Assembly (NCBI GenBank): GCA_035547155.1 | Contig: DASZVJ010000116.1 | Location: 3,607 to 67,606 of the forward strand | DNA length: 64,000 nucleotides | Direction: 5' to 3' | Source: Vicinamibacterales bacterium | Lineage (GTDB): Bacteria > Acidobacteriota > Vicinamibacteria > Vicinamibacterales > SCN-69-37 | Shown: positions 8,790 through 17,297 of the stretch, piece after piece | Layout of the letters: each line of letters begins with the position of its first letter | How positions within the stretch are numbered: position 1 is the first letter of the stretch | Program-made: the position numbers and the translations under genes | Notes under the pieces: generated by a model | Seen by the model: only the letters and a program-made list of their open reading frames with translations | What the model was told of the DNA's origin: nothing | The model's database searches: none

Positions 8790-8805
8790 GCGGACGGAGA
8801 CACAC

Positions 8806-11292
8806 GTGCGTCTGAAGCTCAGCCCTGTCATCGTCGGAACCGCCGTCGCCGTGTTGTGCCTGGCGGTCGGCATCAAGTCGCAGGCGCCCACGGGCGCTGC
8901 GAACGCGAAGAAGACGCCGGCTGCGCCCGCGCGGCCAGCCGCGACGGCTCCGAAGCCGAGTGCGCCTGCGCGCCAGGCGCCACGTCAAATCGCAGAAGCG
9001 CGTCCCGCTGCGCCAAAGCCTGCCGCGCCAACCGTGCCGGCACATCCTGACGAAGCGGCGTTCCTCGCGGCGACCGGCCCGCTGTTCGACGGCACGTGCG
9101 GCGATTGCCACAACGAGTTCGAGCTCGCCGGCGATCTCGATCTCGGTCCGTACTACGAGGTCGCGACGCTGACGTCCGATCGCGACACGTGGGAGAAGAT
9201 CCTCGCGAAGCTGAAGGCGGGCGAGATGCCGCCGAAGGACGTCGAGCGGCCAGACGCCCAGATCAAGCAGCTCATCGCGTTCCTCGACAACGAGCTCGAT
9301 CGGCAGGATGCGCTCGTGCCGCCCGATCCAGGCCGCGTGACCGCGCGCCGGCTGAACCGCACCGAGTACACGAACACGATTCGCGATCTGCTCGCGATCG
9401 ACTTCCGCGCCGACAGGAATTTCCCAACCGACGACTCGGGCGAAGGCTTCGACAACATCGGCGACATCCTCACCGTCTCGCCCGTGCTGATGGAGAAATA
9501 TCTGTCGGCGGCCGCGCGTATCGCCGATCGCGCCATTGCCGCCGAGCCGCTGCCGAAGCCCGTCGAAGTCGAGTACAGCCTGCGTTACAAGAATCTGCGG
9601 CGGCTGGATCCGAGCAACGTCGAAGCCACGCATCGCTTCGATTTCGACGCCGACTACGATCTGCGCATCGGCCTGCCCGGTCAGCGCGCCGACGATGCCG
9701 CACCGGTGACGCTCGGCTTGTGGATCGACGGCAAGCTCGCGACGACGAAGACCATCGAGACCAAACCGTCCGGCCTCGTGTACTTCAATCCGTACTCCGA
9801 AGAACAGCTCCGCGTGCCGGTGCCGGAAGGCGACCACACGCTGCGCCTCGGCTTCATCGACGACGAGTTCGTCAAGACGCTCGCGAAGGACGACATCTAC
9901 AAGGACAAGGTCAACAAGTGGATCGGCTCGGTCACGATCGTCGGCCCGTTCGCGCCGAAGGATCCGAAGCCGAGCCGGACGAAGATCCTGGTCTGCGATC
10001 CGAAGACCGGCGCCGTCTGCGTCGACAAGATCCTGTCGACGCTCGCACGACGCGCGTACCGGCGGCCCGTGACGCACGCGGAGGTCGCGGCGCTGACGCG
10101 CTTCGTCAACATGGCGAAGGCCGACGGCGAGTCCACCGAGCAGGGCATTGCGCTGGCGATTCAGGCGATGCTCGTGTCGCCGAACTTCCTCTTCCACATC
10201 GAGCACGATCCGAATCCGACGGATCCGACGGCCGTGCATCGCCTCTCGGACGTCGAGCTCGCGTCGCGGCTGAGCTACTTCCTCTGGAACTCGATGCCCG
10301 ACGACGAGCTGCTGTCGCTGGCGGAGCGCCGTCAGCTGCGCACGCCGTCGGTGCTCGAGGCGCAGGTCAAGCGCATGCTGGCGGATCCGAAGTCGTCGGC
10401 GCTGGCGGAGAACTTCGCCGGACAGTGGCTCGAGATCCGCAACCTCGACAGCATCAAGCCCGATCCCCAGAAATTCCCGGCGTGGGGGCCTGAGCTGCGT
10501 GACGCGATGAAGACCGAGACGCGGATGTTCTTCGACGAGATCCTCCGCGAGAACCGGCCGATCAGCGAGTTCCTCAACGCGCGGTACACGTATCTGAACG
10601 AGTTCCTCGCCGACTACTACGGCATCGAGGGTGTGAAGGGACCGGAGTTCCGCCGCGTCGAGCTGACGACCGACGAGCGCGGCGGCGTGCTCGGACAGGG
10701 CAGCGTGCTCGCCGTCTCCAGCTACCCGACGCGCACCTCCGTCGTCATTCGCGGGAAGTACATCCTGCAGAACATTCTCGGCGCGCCGCCGCCCCCGCCG
10801 CCGCCGAACGTGCCCGCGCTCGACGAGAGCGCCGTCGGCACGGCCGCGTCGTTGCGGCAGCAGATGGAGAAGCACCGATCGAATCCGATCTGCGCGTCGT
10901 GCCATTCGCGCATGGATCCGCTCGGCTTCGCGCTCGAGAACTACGACGCGGTCGGCAAGTGGCGCACGCAGGACGGCGCGTTTCCGGTCGACGCCAGCGG
11001 CGTGCTGCCGAACGGGAAGTCGTTCTCGAGCCCGGCAGAGATGCGCGAGGTCCTGAGCGGGATGCTGCCGGATTTCGCGCACTGCCTGACGGAGAAGATG
11101 ATGACGTACGCGCTCGGCCGCGGCCTCGCGCGCTACGATCGGCCGACGATCAACGGCATCACGAAGCGCCTCGCCGCCGAGGGCTACGGGTTCCAGACGC
11201 TCGTGATGGAAGTGGTGAAGAGCCTGCCGTTCCAGTCGCGCCGCGGCGAAGCCGTCGCGCCGCCCAAGACGCTGCAGACCGCGAGCCGGTGA
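8806..11292 (+). CDS. DUF1592/DUF1595/DUF1587/DUF1588/DUF1585-type protein with CxxCH motifs
   Basis: ORF 8677..11292 is trimmed to the GTG at 8806. This gives the signal/TM VRLKLSPVIVGTAVAVLCLAV and removes the overlap with the upstream gene. The protein contains CGDCH and CASCH (heme-c-type CxxCH). Its C-terminal ...DPLGFALENYDAVGKWR... is typical of the family that pairs with DUF1552. Confidence 0.75.
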   Translation: MRLKLSPVIVGTAVAVLCLAVGIKSQAPTGAANAKKTPAAPARPAATAPKPSAPARQAPRQIAEARPAAPKPAAPTVPAHPDEAAFLAATGPLFDGTCGDCHNEFELAGDLDLGPYYEVATLTSDRDTWEKILAKLKAGEMPPKDVERPDAQIKQLIAFLDNELDRQDALVPPDPGRVTARRLNRTEYTNTIRDLLAIDFRADRNFPTDDSGEGFDNIGDILTVSPVLMEKYLSAAARIADRAIAAEPLPKPVEVEYSLRYKNLRRLDPSNVEATHRFDFDADYDLRIGLPGQRADDAAPVTLGLWIDGKLATTKTIETKPSGLVYFNPYSEEQLRVPVPEGDHTLRLGFIDDEFVKTLAKDDIYKDKVNKWIGSVTIVGPFAPKDPKPSRTKILVCDPKTGAVCVDKILSTLARRAYRRPVTHAEVAALTRFVNMAKADGESTEQGIALAIQAMLVSPNFLFHIEHDPNPTDPTAVHRLSDVELASRLSYFLWNSMPDDELLSLAERRQLRTPSVLEAQVKRMLADPKSSALAENFAGQWLEIRNLDSIKPDPQKFPAWGPELRDAMKTETRMFFDEILRENRPISEFLNARYTYLNEFLADYYGIEGVKGPEFRRVELTTDERGGVLGQGSVLAVSSYPTRTSVVIRGKYILQNILGAPPPPPPPNVPALDESAVGTAASLRQQMEKHRSNPICASCHSRMDPLGFALENYDAVGKWRTQDGAFPVDASGVLPNGKSFSSPAEMREVLSGMLPDFAHCLTEKMMTYALGRGLARYDRPTINGITKRLAAEGYGFQTLVMEVVKSLPFQSRRGEAVAPPKTLQTASR

Positions 11293-11303
11293 AATGGCGT
11301 TTT

Positions 11304-11945
11304 TTACTTGATCGAGATCCCCGCGGACAGCACGAGCAACCGCGATCGCTGACGTCCCGGATACGTGATGGTCGGATCCTCCGGCCGCGTCAGATAGAAG
11401 CGCATGTCGAAGCAGAACGCGAGGTGCGCGGTGTTGAACCAGCGCGCGCCGGCGCCCATGTTGATCGTGCGCTTGCGCGGCGCCGGATCGTCCGGCGCCG
11501 TGTCGCGCTGATAGCTGGCGAAGCTGAGCGGGCCCATGCCGGCGCTCAGATAGCTCCAGCCCTGGCGATGACCGAAGTTGAAGGAGATCTGCGGCGACAG
11601 GCCCATCAGCTTCTGCGTGATCGGCAGGCCGACGGGATCGCCGGTCGTCTCGTCGTGCGCCTGCCTGCGGCCGCGCGCGAGAATTCCTTCTGCGCCGATG
11701 CCGAGCGCGAAGCCCTTCGTGTGAATCGGATAGACGTGCACGCCGGCCACGCCGCCGAGGCCGCGGGACGGGAGATCCGTTGGCTGGACGCCGAGCCCCG
11801 CCGCCGTCACGGGGTCCTGCTTGAGACCAGCGTAGAACCCGCGCAGGTCGAACGCGAATCGGCCAATCGGCTCGGTCGGCTGTTGCGCGCGCGCAACGGT
11901 AGGCGCGCAGATCAGCGCGGCGGCGATCAAAGCGAAGACACGCAT
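11304..11945 (-). CDS. outer-membrane beta-barrel family protein
   Basis: 213 aa. It has the signal peptide MRVFALIAAALICAPTVARAQ and an alternating hydrophobic pattern with aromatic-rich strands. The assignment is by pattern only. Confidence 0.5.
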   Translation of the reverse strand: MRVFALIAAALICAPTVARAQQPTEPIGRFAFDLRGFYAGLKQDPVTAAGLGVQPTDLPSRGLGGVAGVHVYPIHTKGFALGIGAEGILARGRRQAHDETTGDPVGLPITQKLMGLSPQISFNFGHRQGWSYLSAGMGPLSFASYQRDTAPDDPAPRKRTINMGAGARWFNTAHLAFCFDMRFYLTRPEDPTITYPGRQRSRLLVLSAGISIK

Positions 11946-11988
11946 CTCAGGGAGCGTACAACAAGACCGCGGGGCTGAAGTCCCGCGG

Positions 11989-13368
11989 CTACGATGACGA
12001 CGGGATCATCGTCTTTGCGAGCGCAATCGCCTCGTCGAGCGTCCTGACCTCGCCGTCCATCTGTTTCTCGTACACGGCTTTCAGAATCTCGCCGACGGCC
12101 GGCCCAGGCTTCAGGCCCAATTCGAGCAGATGGCGGCCCATGAGGATCGACACGGGCGGCGCGTGCTCGATGCCGAGCGCGCGGGCGCGCTCGAGGAACC
12201 AGTCCATCGCGGAGCAGTCGAACGCGCCGCCGCGTCCGTGACAGTCGGCCTTGGCGAGCCGCACGAGCAGCTCGAGATCGACTTTGTGCGCGAGCCGGCG
12301 GAACGCGCCGTCGCTCACGGGCTTCGGCGCCTTGAAGAACGCGCTCGGCTTCAGATGCTGAGCGACGAGGCCGAGCACGGCGTAGCGCACGTCGAAGCCG
12401 TCGAGCGAGTGCAGATTGAGCGTGTCCAGCACGCGCGTCGACGGCTCGACGCCGGCCTCTTCGTGGCCCGGCGATCGCCATCGTCCATCGATCATCGCCG
12501 TCGTCTGCGGCTTCGCGATGTCGTGACAGAGCGCGGCGACCATGATCGCGACGGCGGGCCCGCGCTCGAGGTCGCCGATGCGCCGCCGCGCCTGGTCGAC
12601 GACCATCAGCGTGTGCGTCCACACGTCGCCTTCGGGATGCCACTCGGGATCCTGCGGGCACGTGGCGAGCGGGACGAGATCGGGAAAAAGCGTGTGAATG
12701 ACGCCGATTTCCCACGCCAGCGCGAGGCCGACCGACGGTCGCGCGGCCTGCAGGAACAGCTTCTCGAACTCGCCCCAGATGCGCTCGGCCGGCAGATCGT
12801 CGAGCGGGATCGTTCGGCACAGCGTCTTCGTCGCATCGTCGACCGTCAGCTCGAACCGCGCGGCGAATTGCAGCGCGCGCAGCACGCGCAAGCTGTCGTC
12901 GCCAAACGTGCGCGCGTCGACGGCACGCAGGATCTTCGCATCGAGGTCACGTTCGCCGCCGAACGGATCGACGACCTCGCCGGTGAGCGGGTCCATCGAC
13001 ATCGCGTTGATCGTGAAGTCGCGCCGCCGCGCGGCATCCTCGAGCGGCAGGAACGGATCGCCGTCGACGACGAAGCCCTTGTGGCCGCGGCCGGTCTTCG
13101 ACTCGCGCCGCGGCAGCGACACGTCGACGTTCGCGATCTTGAAGACCGTGAAGCTCTCGCCGACCGTATCCACGCGTCCGAAGCGCTGGACGATCGCGCG
13201 CACGCGATCCGCTGGCAGGCCGAAGACTTCGACGTCGATGTCCTTGGACGTCCGCCCCAGGCGCGCGTCGCGGACCCATCCGCCGACGAGCAGCGCACGC
13301 CCACCGGCATCGCGGACCGCGCGCGCGAGATCGAGAACGAGGTCAGGAATGAGAGGCCCCATCCGCAT
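11989..13368 (-). CDS. cca: CCA tRNA nucleotidyltransferase with an HD domain
   Basis: GGWVRDARLGRTSKDIDVEVFG is the PolyA_pol head motif. An HD domain is present (ALCHDIAKP). 459 aa. Confidence 0.85.
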   Translation of the reverse strand: MRMGPLIPDLVLDLARAVRDAGGRALLVGGWVRDARLGRTSKDIDVEVFGLPADRVRAIVQRFGRVDTVGESFTVFKIANVDVSLPRRESKTGRGHKGFVVDGDPFLPLEDAARRRDFTINAMSMDPLTGEVVDPFGGERDLDAKILRAVDARTFGDDSLRVLRALQFAARFELTVDDATKTLCRTIPLDDLPAERIWGEFEKLFLQAARPSVGLALAWEIGVIHTLFPDLVPLATCPQDPEWHPEGDVWTHTLMVVDQARRRIGDLERGPAVAIMVAALCHDIAKPQTTAMIDGRWRSPGHEEAGVEPSTRVLDTLNLHSLDGFDVRYAVLGLVAQHLKPSAFFKAPKPVSDGAFRRLAHKVDLELLVRLAKADCHGRGGAFDCSAMDWFLERARALGIEHAPPVSILMGRHLLELGLKPGPAVGEILKAVYEKQMDGEVRTLDEAIALAKTMIPSSS

Positions 13369-14170
13369 CGGCTCGTGCGTGGTGCCGCCGGCGTCCGAAT
13401 CGCTGCACGACGCGATCGGCCTTGGCCGGAGCGACGACGCCGAGGACGGACAGCCACCACGCCTTCGGCAGGGGATAGACCTCGGCCTTCGGTGAGATCA
13501 CGCATTGCACGATCGTGCGTGCGACGTCCTCGGCCGACTGGCTCGGGCCGTGGCCGGCGGTCTCGTGTCCGAAGTCGCGCGAGATCGCATCGCGGAACTC
13601 GGTCCGCGTCGACACCGGCAGCACGACCGACGCGTGGAACGGCGTGCCGACGAACTCGGCGCGCAGCGATTCGATGAACGCGACTTGAGCGGCTTTCGTC
13701 GCGGCATAGACGCTCGATCCGCCGACGCCGCGCCGGCCGACGATCGACGACACGGCGATGATGTGCCCATGGCCCTGCCGGCGCATCGCGAGAAGCGCGG
13801 CGTGCGCCGCGTACAACGTGCCCAGCAGGTTCACATCGACCAGCCGTCGCATCGCGTCCGTCGACGTCTCTTCCAGCGTGCCGTGATAGCCGATGCCGGC
13901 GTTGCAGATCATCACGTCGAGCCGTCCGCCGGCGTCGACGGCGCGTGCGACGAGCGCCTGCATGTCGGTTTCGCTCGTGACGTCGCCGGGACACGCGACG
14001 ATGAGCCCACCGCCCGCGATGGGCTCATTCGCGAGCGAGTCGAGGCGATCGCCGCGTCGCGCCGACGCGATCACGGTTGCGCCTTCGGCTGCGAGCTGTC
14101 GCGCGACGGCACGGCCGATGCCTGCGGACGCGCCGGTGATGGCGATCACGCGTCCCGCCAGCCGGCTCAT
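13343..14170 (-). CDS. short-chain dehydrogenase/reductase (SDR)
   Basis: ORF 13343..14617 is trimmed to MSRLAGRVIAITGASAGIGRAV (TGxxxGxG). The YAATKAA (YxxxK) motif is present. The ATG at 14170 overlaps the stop of the upstream gene as ATGA. Confidence 0.85.
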   Translation of the reverse strand: MSRLAGRVIAITGASAGIGRAVARQLAAEGATVIASARRGDRLDSLANEPIAGGGLIVACPGDVTSETDMQALVARAVDAGGRLDVMICNAGIGYHGTLEETSTDAMRRLVDVNLLGTLYAAHAALLAMRRQGHGHIIAVSSIVGRRGVGGSSVYAATKAAQVAFIESLRAEFVGTPFHASVVLPVSTRTEFRDAISRDFGHETAGHGPSQSAEDVARTIVQCVISPKAEVYPLPKAWWLSVLGVVAPAKADRVVQRFGRRRHHARADADGASHS

Positions 14171-15117
14171 GCGCCCGCACCTCGATCCTCGCGAAACAGG
14201 CTCTTGAGCACGAATCCGACGTTGGCCGGGCGCTCGCCGAGACGCCGCATGAAGTACGGAAACCACTCCTTGCCGAACGGCACGTACACGCGGAACCGAT
14301 AGCCGGCTGCCGACAGCGACGCCTGCAGATCGCGGCGAATGCCGTAGAGCATCTGGAGCTCGAAGCGGTCCTTGTCGATGTGCCGTTCGTCGGCGAACCG
14401 GCGGGCCGCGTCGATGATGGCGGGATCGTGCGTCGCGATCGCCGGATACGTGCCCTGCGCCATGAGCACGCGCATCAACACGAGATACTGGCCGTCCACT
14501 TCTTCTTTCGTCTGGAACGCGACGTCCTTGTGCTCGCGATAGGCGCCCTTGACGAGCCGCACGCGCGCGCCCAGCTCGTTCAACCGCGTCACGTCGTCCG
14601 GCGATCGCCGCAGGCACGACTGAATCACGACGCCCATGTTGCGATAGCCGATGCTCCAGAGGTTCTCGAAGATCTCCAGCGTCTGGGCCGTGTACGCCGA
14701 TCCTTCCATGTCGACGCGGATGAAGAAGTCGGACTCGTTCGCGGCTTCGAGAATGCGCCGGAGATGGTCGGTCGCCGTCGCGCGGTCGACGTCCAGACCG
14801 ATCTGCGTGAGCTTGACGGACAGATTGCGGCTGATGCCCGCCGCCGCTGCGGCGCGCATCGTCTCGATGTAGTCCAGCGTGGCCGCGAGTGCGGGCTCGA
14901 TGGCGGTGACGCGCTCGCCGAGGTGATCGAGCGTGACCGTGCGTCCCTGCCGCTCGATCGCCTGCGCTGCGGCGATCGCTTCTGGCAGCGTCTCTCCAGC
15001 GACGAATCGCCGCGCGAAGCTGTTCGGTCGACGCATGCCGTAACGCGATGCGACGCGCTTCAGCATCGCGCTGCCGGCGAGCATCGAGAATGTCGCCTTC
15101 GACAGAGACGCGATCAT
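14167..15117 (-). CDS. monofunctional proline dehydrogenase
   Basis: ORF 14167..15369 is trimmed to MIASLSKATF.... The sequence ...RFVAGETLPEAI...VTLDHLGE...VKLTQIGL...IRVDMEGS...VRLVKGAY...ATHD...FELQMLYG is the canonical PRODH barrel. The start overlaps the upstream stop by 1 nt. Confidence 0.85.
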   Translation of the reverse strand: MIASLSKATFSMLAGSAMLKRVASRYGMRRPNSFARRFVAGETLPEAIAAAQAIERQGRTVTLDHLGERVTAIEPALAATLDYIETMRAAAAAGISRNLSVKLTQIGLDVDRATATDHLRRILEAANESDFFIRVDMEGSAYTAQTLEIFENLWSIGYRNMGVVIQSCLRRSPDDVTRLNELGARVRLVKGAYREHKDVAFQTKEEVDGQYLVLMRVLMAQGTYPAIATHDPAIIDAARRFADERHIDKDRFELQMLYGIRRDLQASLSAAGYRFRVYVPFGKEWFPYFMRRLGERPANVGFVLKSLFREDRGAGA

Positions 15118-16241
15118 CAGTGCGTCGTCCTGCGCGGCGTCAGCAGATGTTGGATCGTCCGCGCGTAGTAGCGCAGGACGATGCGATCGCGCACGCGGAT
15201 GCGTTGTCGCTCGACGACGATGACGCCGCGTTCCTCGAGGCGCGCGACGCCGTCGTCGACGGCCTGACGGCCGGTTTTGACGGATAGATTCGCGCCGCTG
15301 GCGGAGAGCAGGCCGATCAGCTCGTCGATCCGCGCCTGCAGCTCGCTGATGGGCATCTGCGGCCGGCACATCGCGGCGACGAGCGCCGTCGGCAGCACTT
15401 TGTACAGGCGGCCGATCTCGTCGTGGACCTGATGGACGAGCGTCACGAGATCGCGGCGCGACTCCGGATCGACGTTGGCGAGCGGCACGGGCGTGCCGAA
15501 CGTCACGAACGCGCGCCCGCGGAAGCCGACGGCGTGGCGGATCATCTCCGCGAGCTCCTGGCTGAACGGCCGCGCGCGCTTCTTCAGCGCCTCGCGCGAG
15601 ATGATGCGATCTTCCAGCGTCAGGTCGTACGCGATGGCCATCGGCATCAGCACGATCTCCGCGCGATCCGCGGCGAGCGCCGCCTGGAACAGGCCGGTCT
15701 TGAACGGCTTCAGCTCACCGCTGTAGCTGCGGCCGCCTTCGGCGTAGTAGAGCAGATCGCGGCGCTTGAGCAGCTCCGCGACGTACGCGCGCAGCGTCGC
15801 GAGATACAGCGGGTCCTTGCTGTTGCGGCGCAGCGGCAGCGCACCCGTGACGTGACGATGAATCAGGCCGAGCGGGCCGGTGAACAGGTTGATGCCCGCG
15901 GCCGTGACCGGCGGACGCACGCCGTTGTCGTCGAGCACGAGCGGCTCGATCAGATAGTCGAGATGGCTCTTGTGATTCGAGACGTAGACGACGCGGCTGT
16001 GGCGCGTTGCGTCGATCGCGCGATCGACGTGCTCGGTGATGCGCTTGACCTTGCGGAGGATCGGATAGAGCGGGTGTTGTAACGCGCGATAGAAGCGATA
16101 CCGCTGCGTGGTGCGCAGCTCCTCGAGATAGCCCTCGATCCGCTGACGCGCGTCCTCGTCCGGCCCGCCCGCGTCGCCGCGCAAGTACTTGGCGACTTCA
16201 TCGCGAGCCAGGACGGCCTGAGTGATCTCGTCCGGCCTCAC
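15117..16241 (-). CDS. GPAT/PlsB-like glycerol-phosphate (or DHAP) acyltransferase family protein
   Basis: 374 aa. It has SNHKSHLDYL (HxxxxD), LPLRRNSKD and YAEGGRSYSGEL motifs. Confidence 0.7.
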   Translation of the reverse strand: MRPDEITQAVLARDEVAKYLRGDAGGPDEDARQRIEGYLEELRTTQRYRFYRALQHPLYPILRKVKRITEHVDRAIDATRHSRVVYVSNHKSHLDYLIEPLVLDDNGVRPPVTAAGINLFTGPLGLIHRHVTGALPLRRNSKDPLYLATLRAYVAELLKRRDLLYYAEGGRSYSGELKPFKTGLFQAALAADRAEIVLMPMAIAYDLTLEDRIISREALKKRARPFSQELAEMIRHAVGFRGRAFVTFGTPVPLANVDPESRRDLVTLVHQVHDEIGRLYKVLPTALVAAMCRPQMPISELQARIDELIGLLSASGANLSVKTGRQAVDDGVARLEERGVIVVERQRIRVRDRIVLRYYARTIQHLLTPRRTTH

Positions 16242-16283
16242 GGTTTCCGAACTATAGCAGAGCGTGACGCCGCGGATCGGGCG

Positions 16284-17297
16284 TCAGCGCGCCATCGCCT
16301 GAACGATCGCGCGGCCGAAGTCGGACGTCGATGCGGTGCCGCCGAGATCGCGCGTCCGCACGCGCCCGTCGGTGAGGACGCGATCGAGCGCCACGCGAAT
16401 CGTCGAGGCGGCGCTCGTCTCGCCGATGTGATCGAGCATCAGCAGCGCAGAGAGCAGCAGCGCCGTCGGATTCGCGACGTTCTTGCCGGCGATGTCCGGC
16501 GCGGTGCCGTGGACGGCTTCGAACACGGCGGAGTCCGCGCCGATGTTCGCGCCGGGCACGACGCCGAGCCCGCCGACGAGACCCGCGCACAGGTCGGAGA
16601 CGATGTCGCCGTACAGATTCGGCAGGACGAGCACGTCGAACTGTTCCGGCCGCATCACGAGGTGCATGCAGGCCGCATCGACGATCCGCTCTTCGTACGT
16701 GATATCGGGAAAGTCCTTCGCGACCGCACGCGCCGACTCGATGAACAGGCCGTCGCCGAGCTTCATGATGTTGGCTTTGTGCACGGCCGTGACCTTTTTG
16801 CGGCCCCGGCGCACGGCGTGCTCGAACGCGAATCGCGCGATGCGCGTGGACGCTTTTGCCGTGATGATCTTCAGGCTCTCGACGACGCCGGGGACGACGA
16901 CGTGCTCGAGGCCGGCGTAGAGATCCTCGGTGTTCTCGCGGACGATGACGAGGTCGACGCGATCGAAGCGGCTCGGCACGCCGGGCAGATTGCGGACAGG
17001 ACGCAGGTTTGCGTAGAGATCGAGCGCCTTTCGCAGGCCGACGTTCACGCTCGTGAAGCCCTGTCCGATCGGCGTCGTCACCGGCCCTTTCAGCGCGACG
17101 CGATTGCGCCGGATCGATGCGAGCAGCGCGTCGGGCAGGGTCTGGCCCGTCTGTTCCGCCGCAATCAATCCGGCGTCGTGCCGTTCCCAGGTGATGCCCG
17201 CGCCGGCCGCGTCGAGAATGGCGACGACCGCGTCGGTTACTTCAGGCCCGATGCCGTCGCCGGGAATGAGCGTGATGGTGTGACGCGATGAGGGCAT
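16284..17297 (-). CDS. isocitrate/isopropylmalate dehydrogenase family, NAD-dependent isocitrate dehydrogenase-like
   Basis: 337 aa. Motifs include ITLIPGDGIGPEV, ALKGPVTTPIGQGFTSVNVGLRKALDLYANLRP, VIVRENTEDLY and NLYGDIVSDL. Confidence 0.8.
   Translation of the reverse strand: MPSSRHTITLIPGDGIGPEVTDAVVAILDAAGAGITWERHDAGLIAAEQTGQTLPDALLASIRRNRVALKGPVTTPIGQGFTSVNVGLRKALDLYANLRPVRNLPGVPSRFDRVDLVIVRENTEDLYAGLEHVVVPGVVESLKIITAKASTRIARFAFEHAVRRGRKKVTAVHKANIMKLGDGLFIESARAVAKDFPDITYEERIVDAACMHLVMRPEQFDVLVLPNLYGDIVSDLCAGLVGGLGVVPGANIGADSAVFEAVHGTAPDIAGKNVANPTALLLSALLMLDHIGETSAASTIRVALDRVLTDGRVRTRDLGGTASTSDFGRAIVQAMAR

Noticed and set aside
8677-8805. The N-terminal 43 codons of track ORF 8677..11292 (MPCAVDAAMRRRSNNSSSNNNRRLKRR...).
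   Set aside because: This stretch overlaps the 3' end of the 7695..8789 gene and is simply the poly-Q DNA read in another frame. The GTG at 8806 gives a proper signal/TM start.
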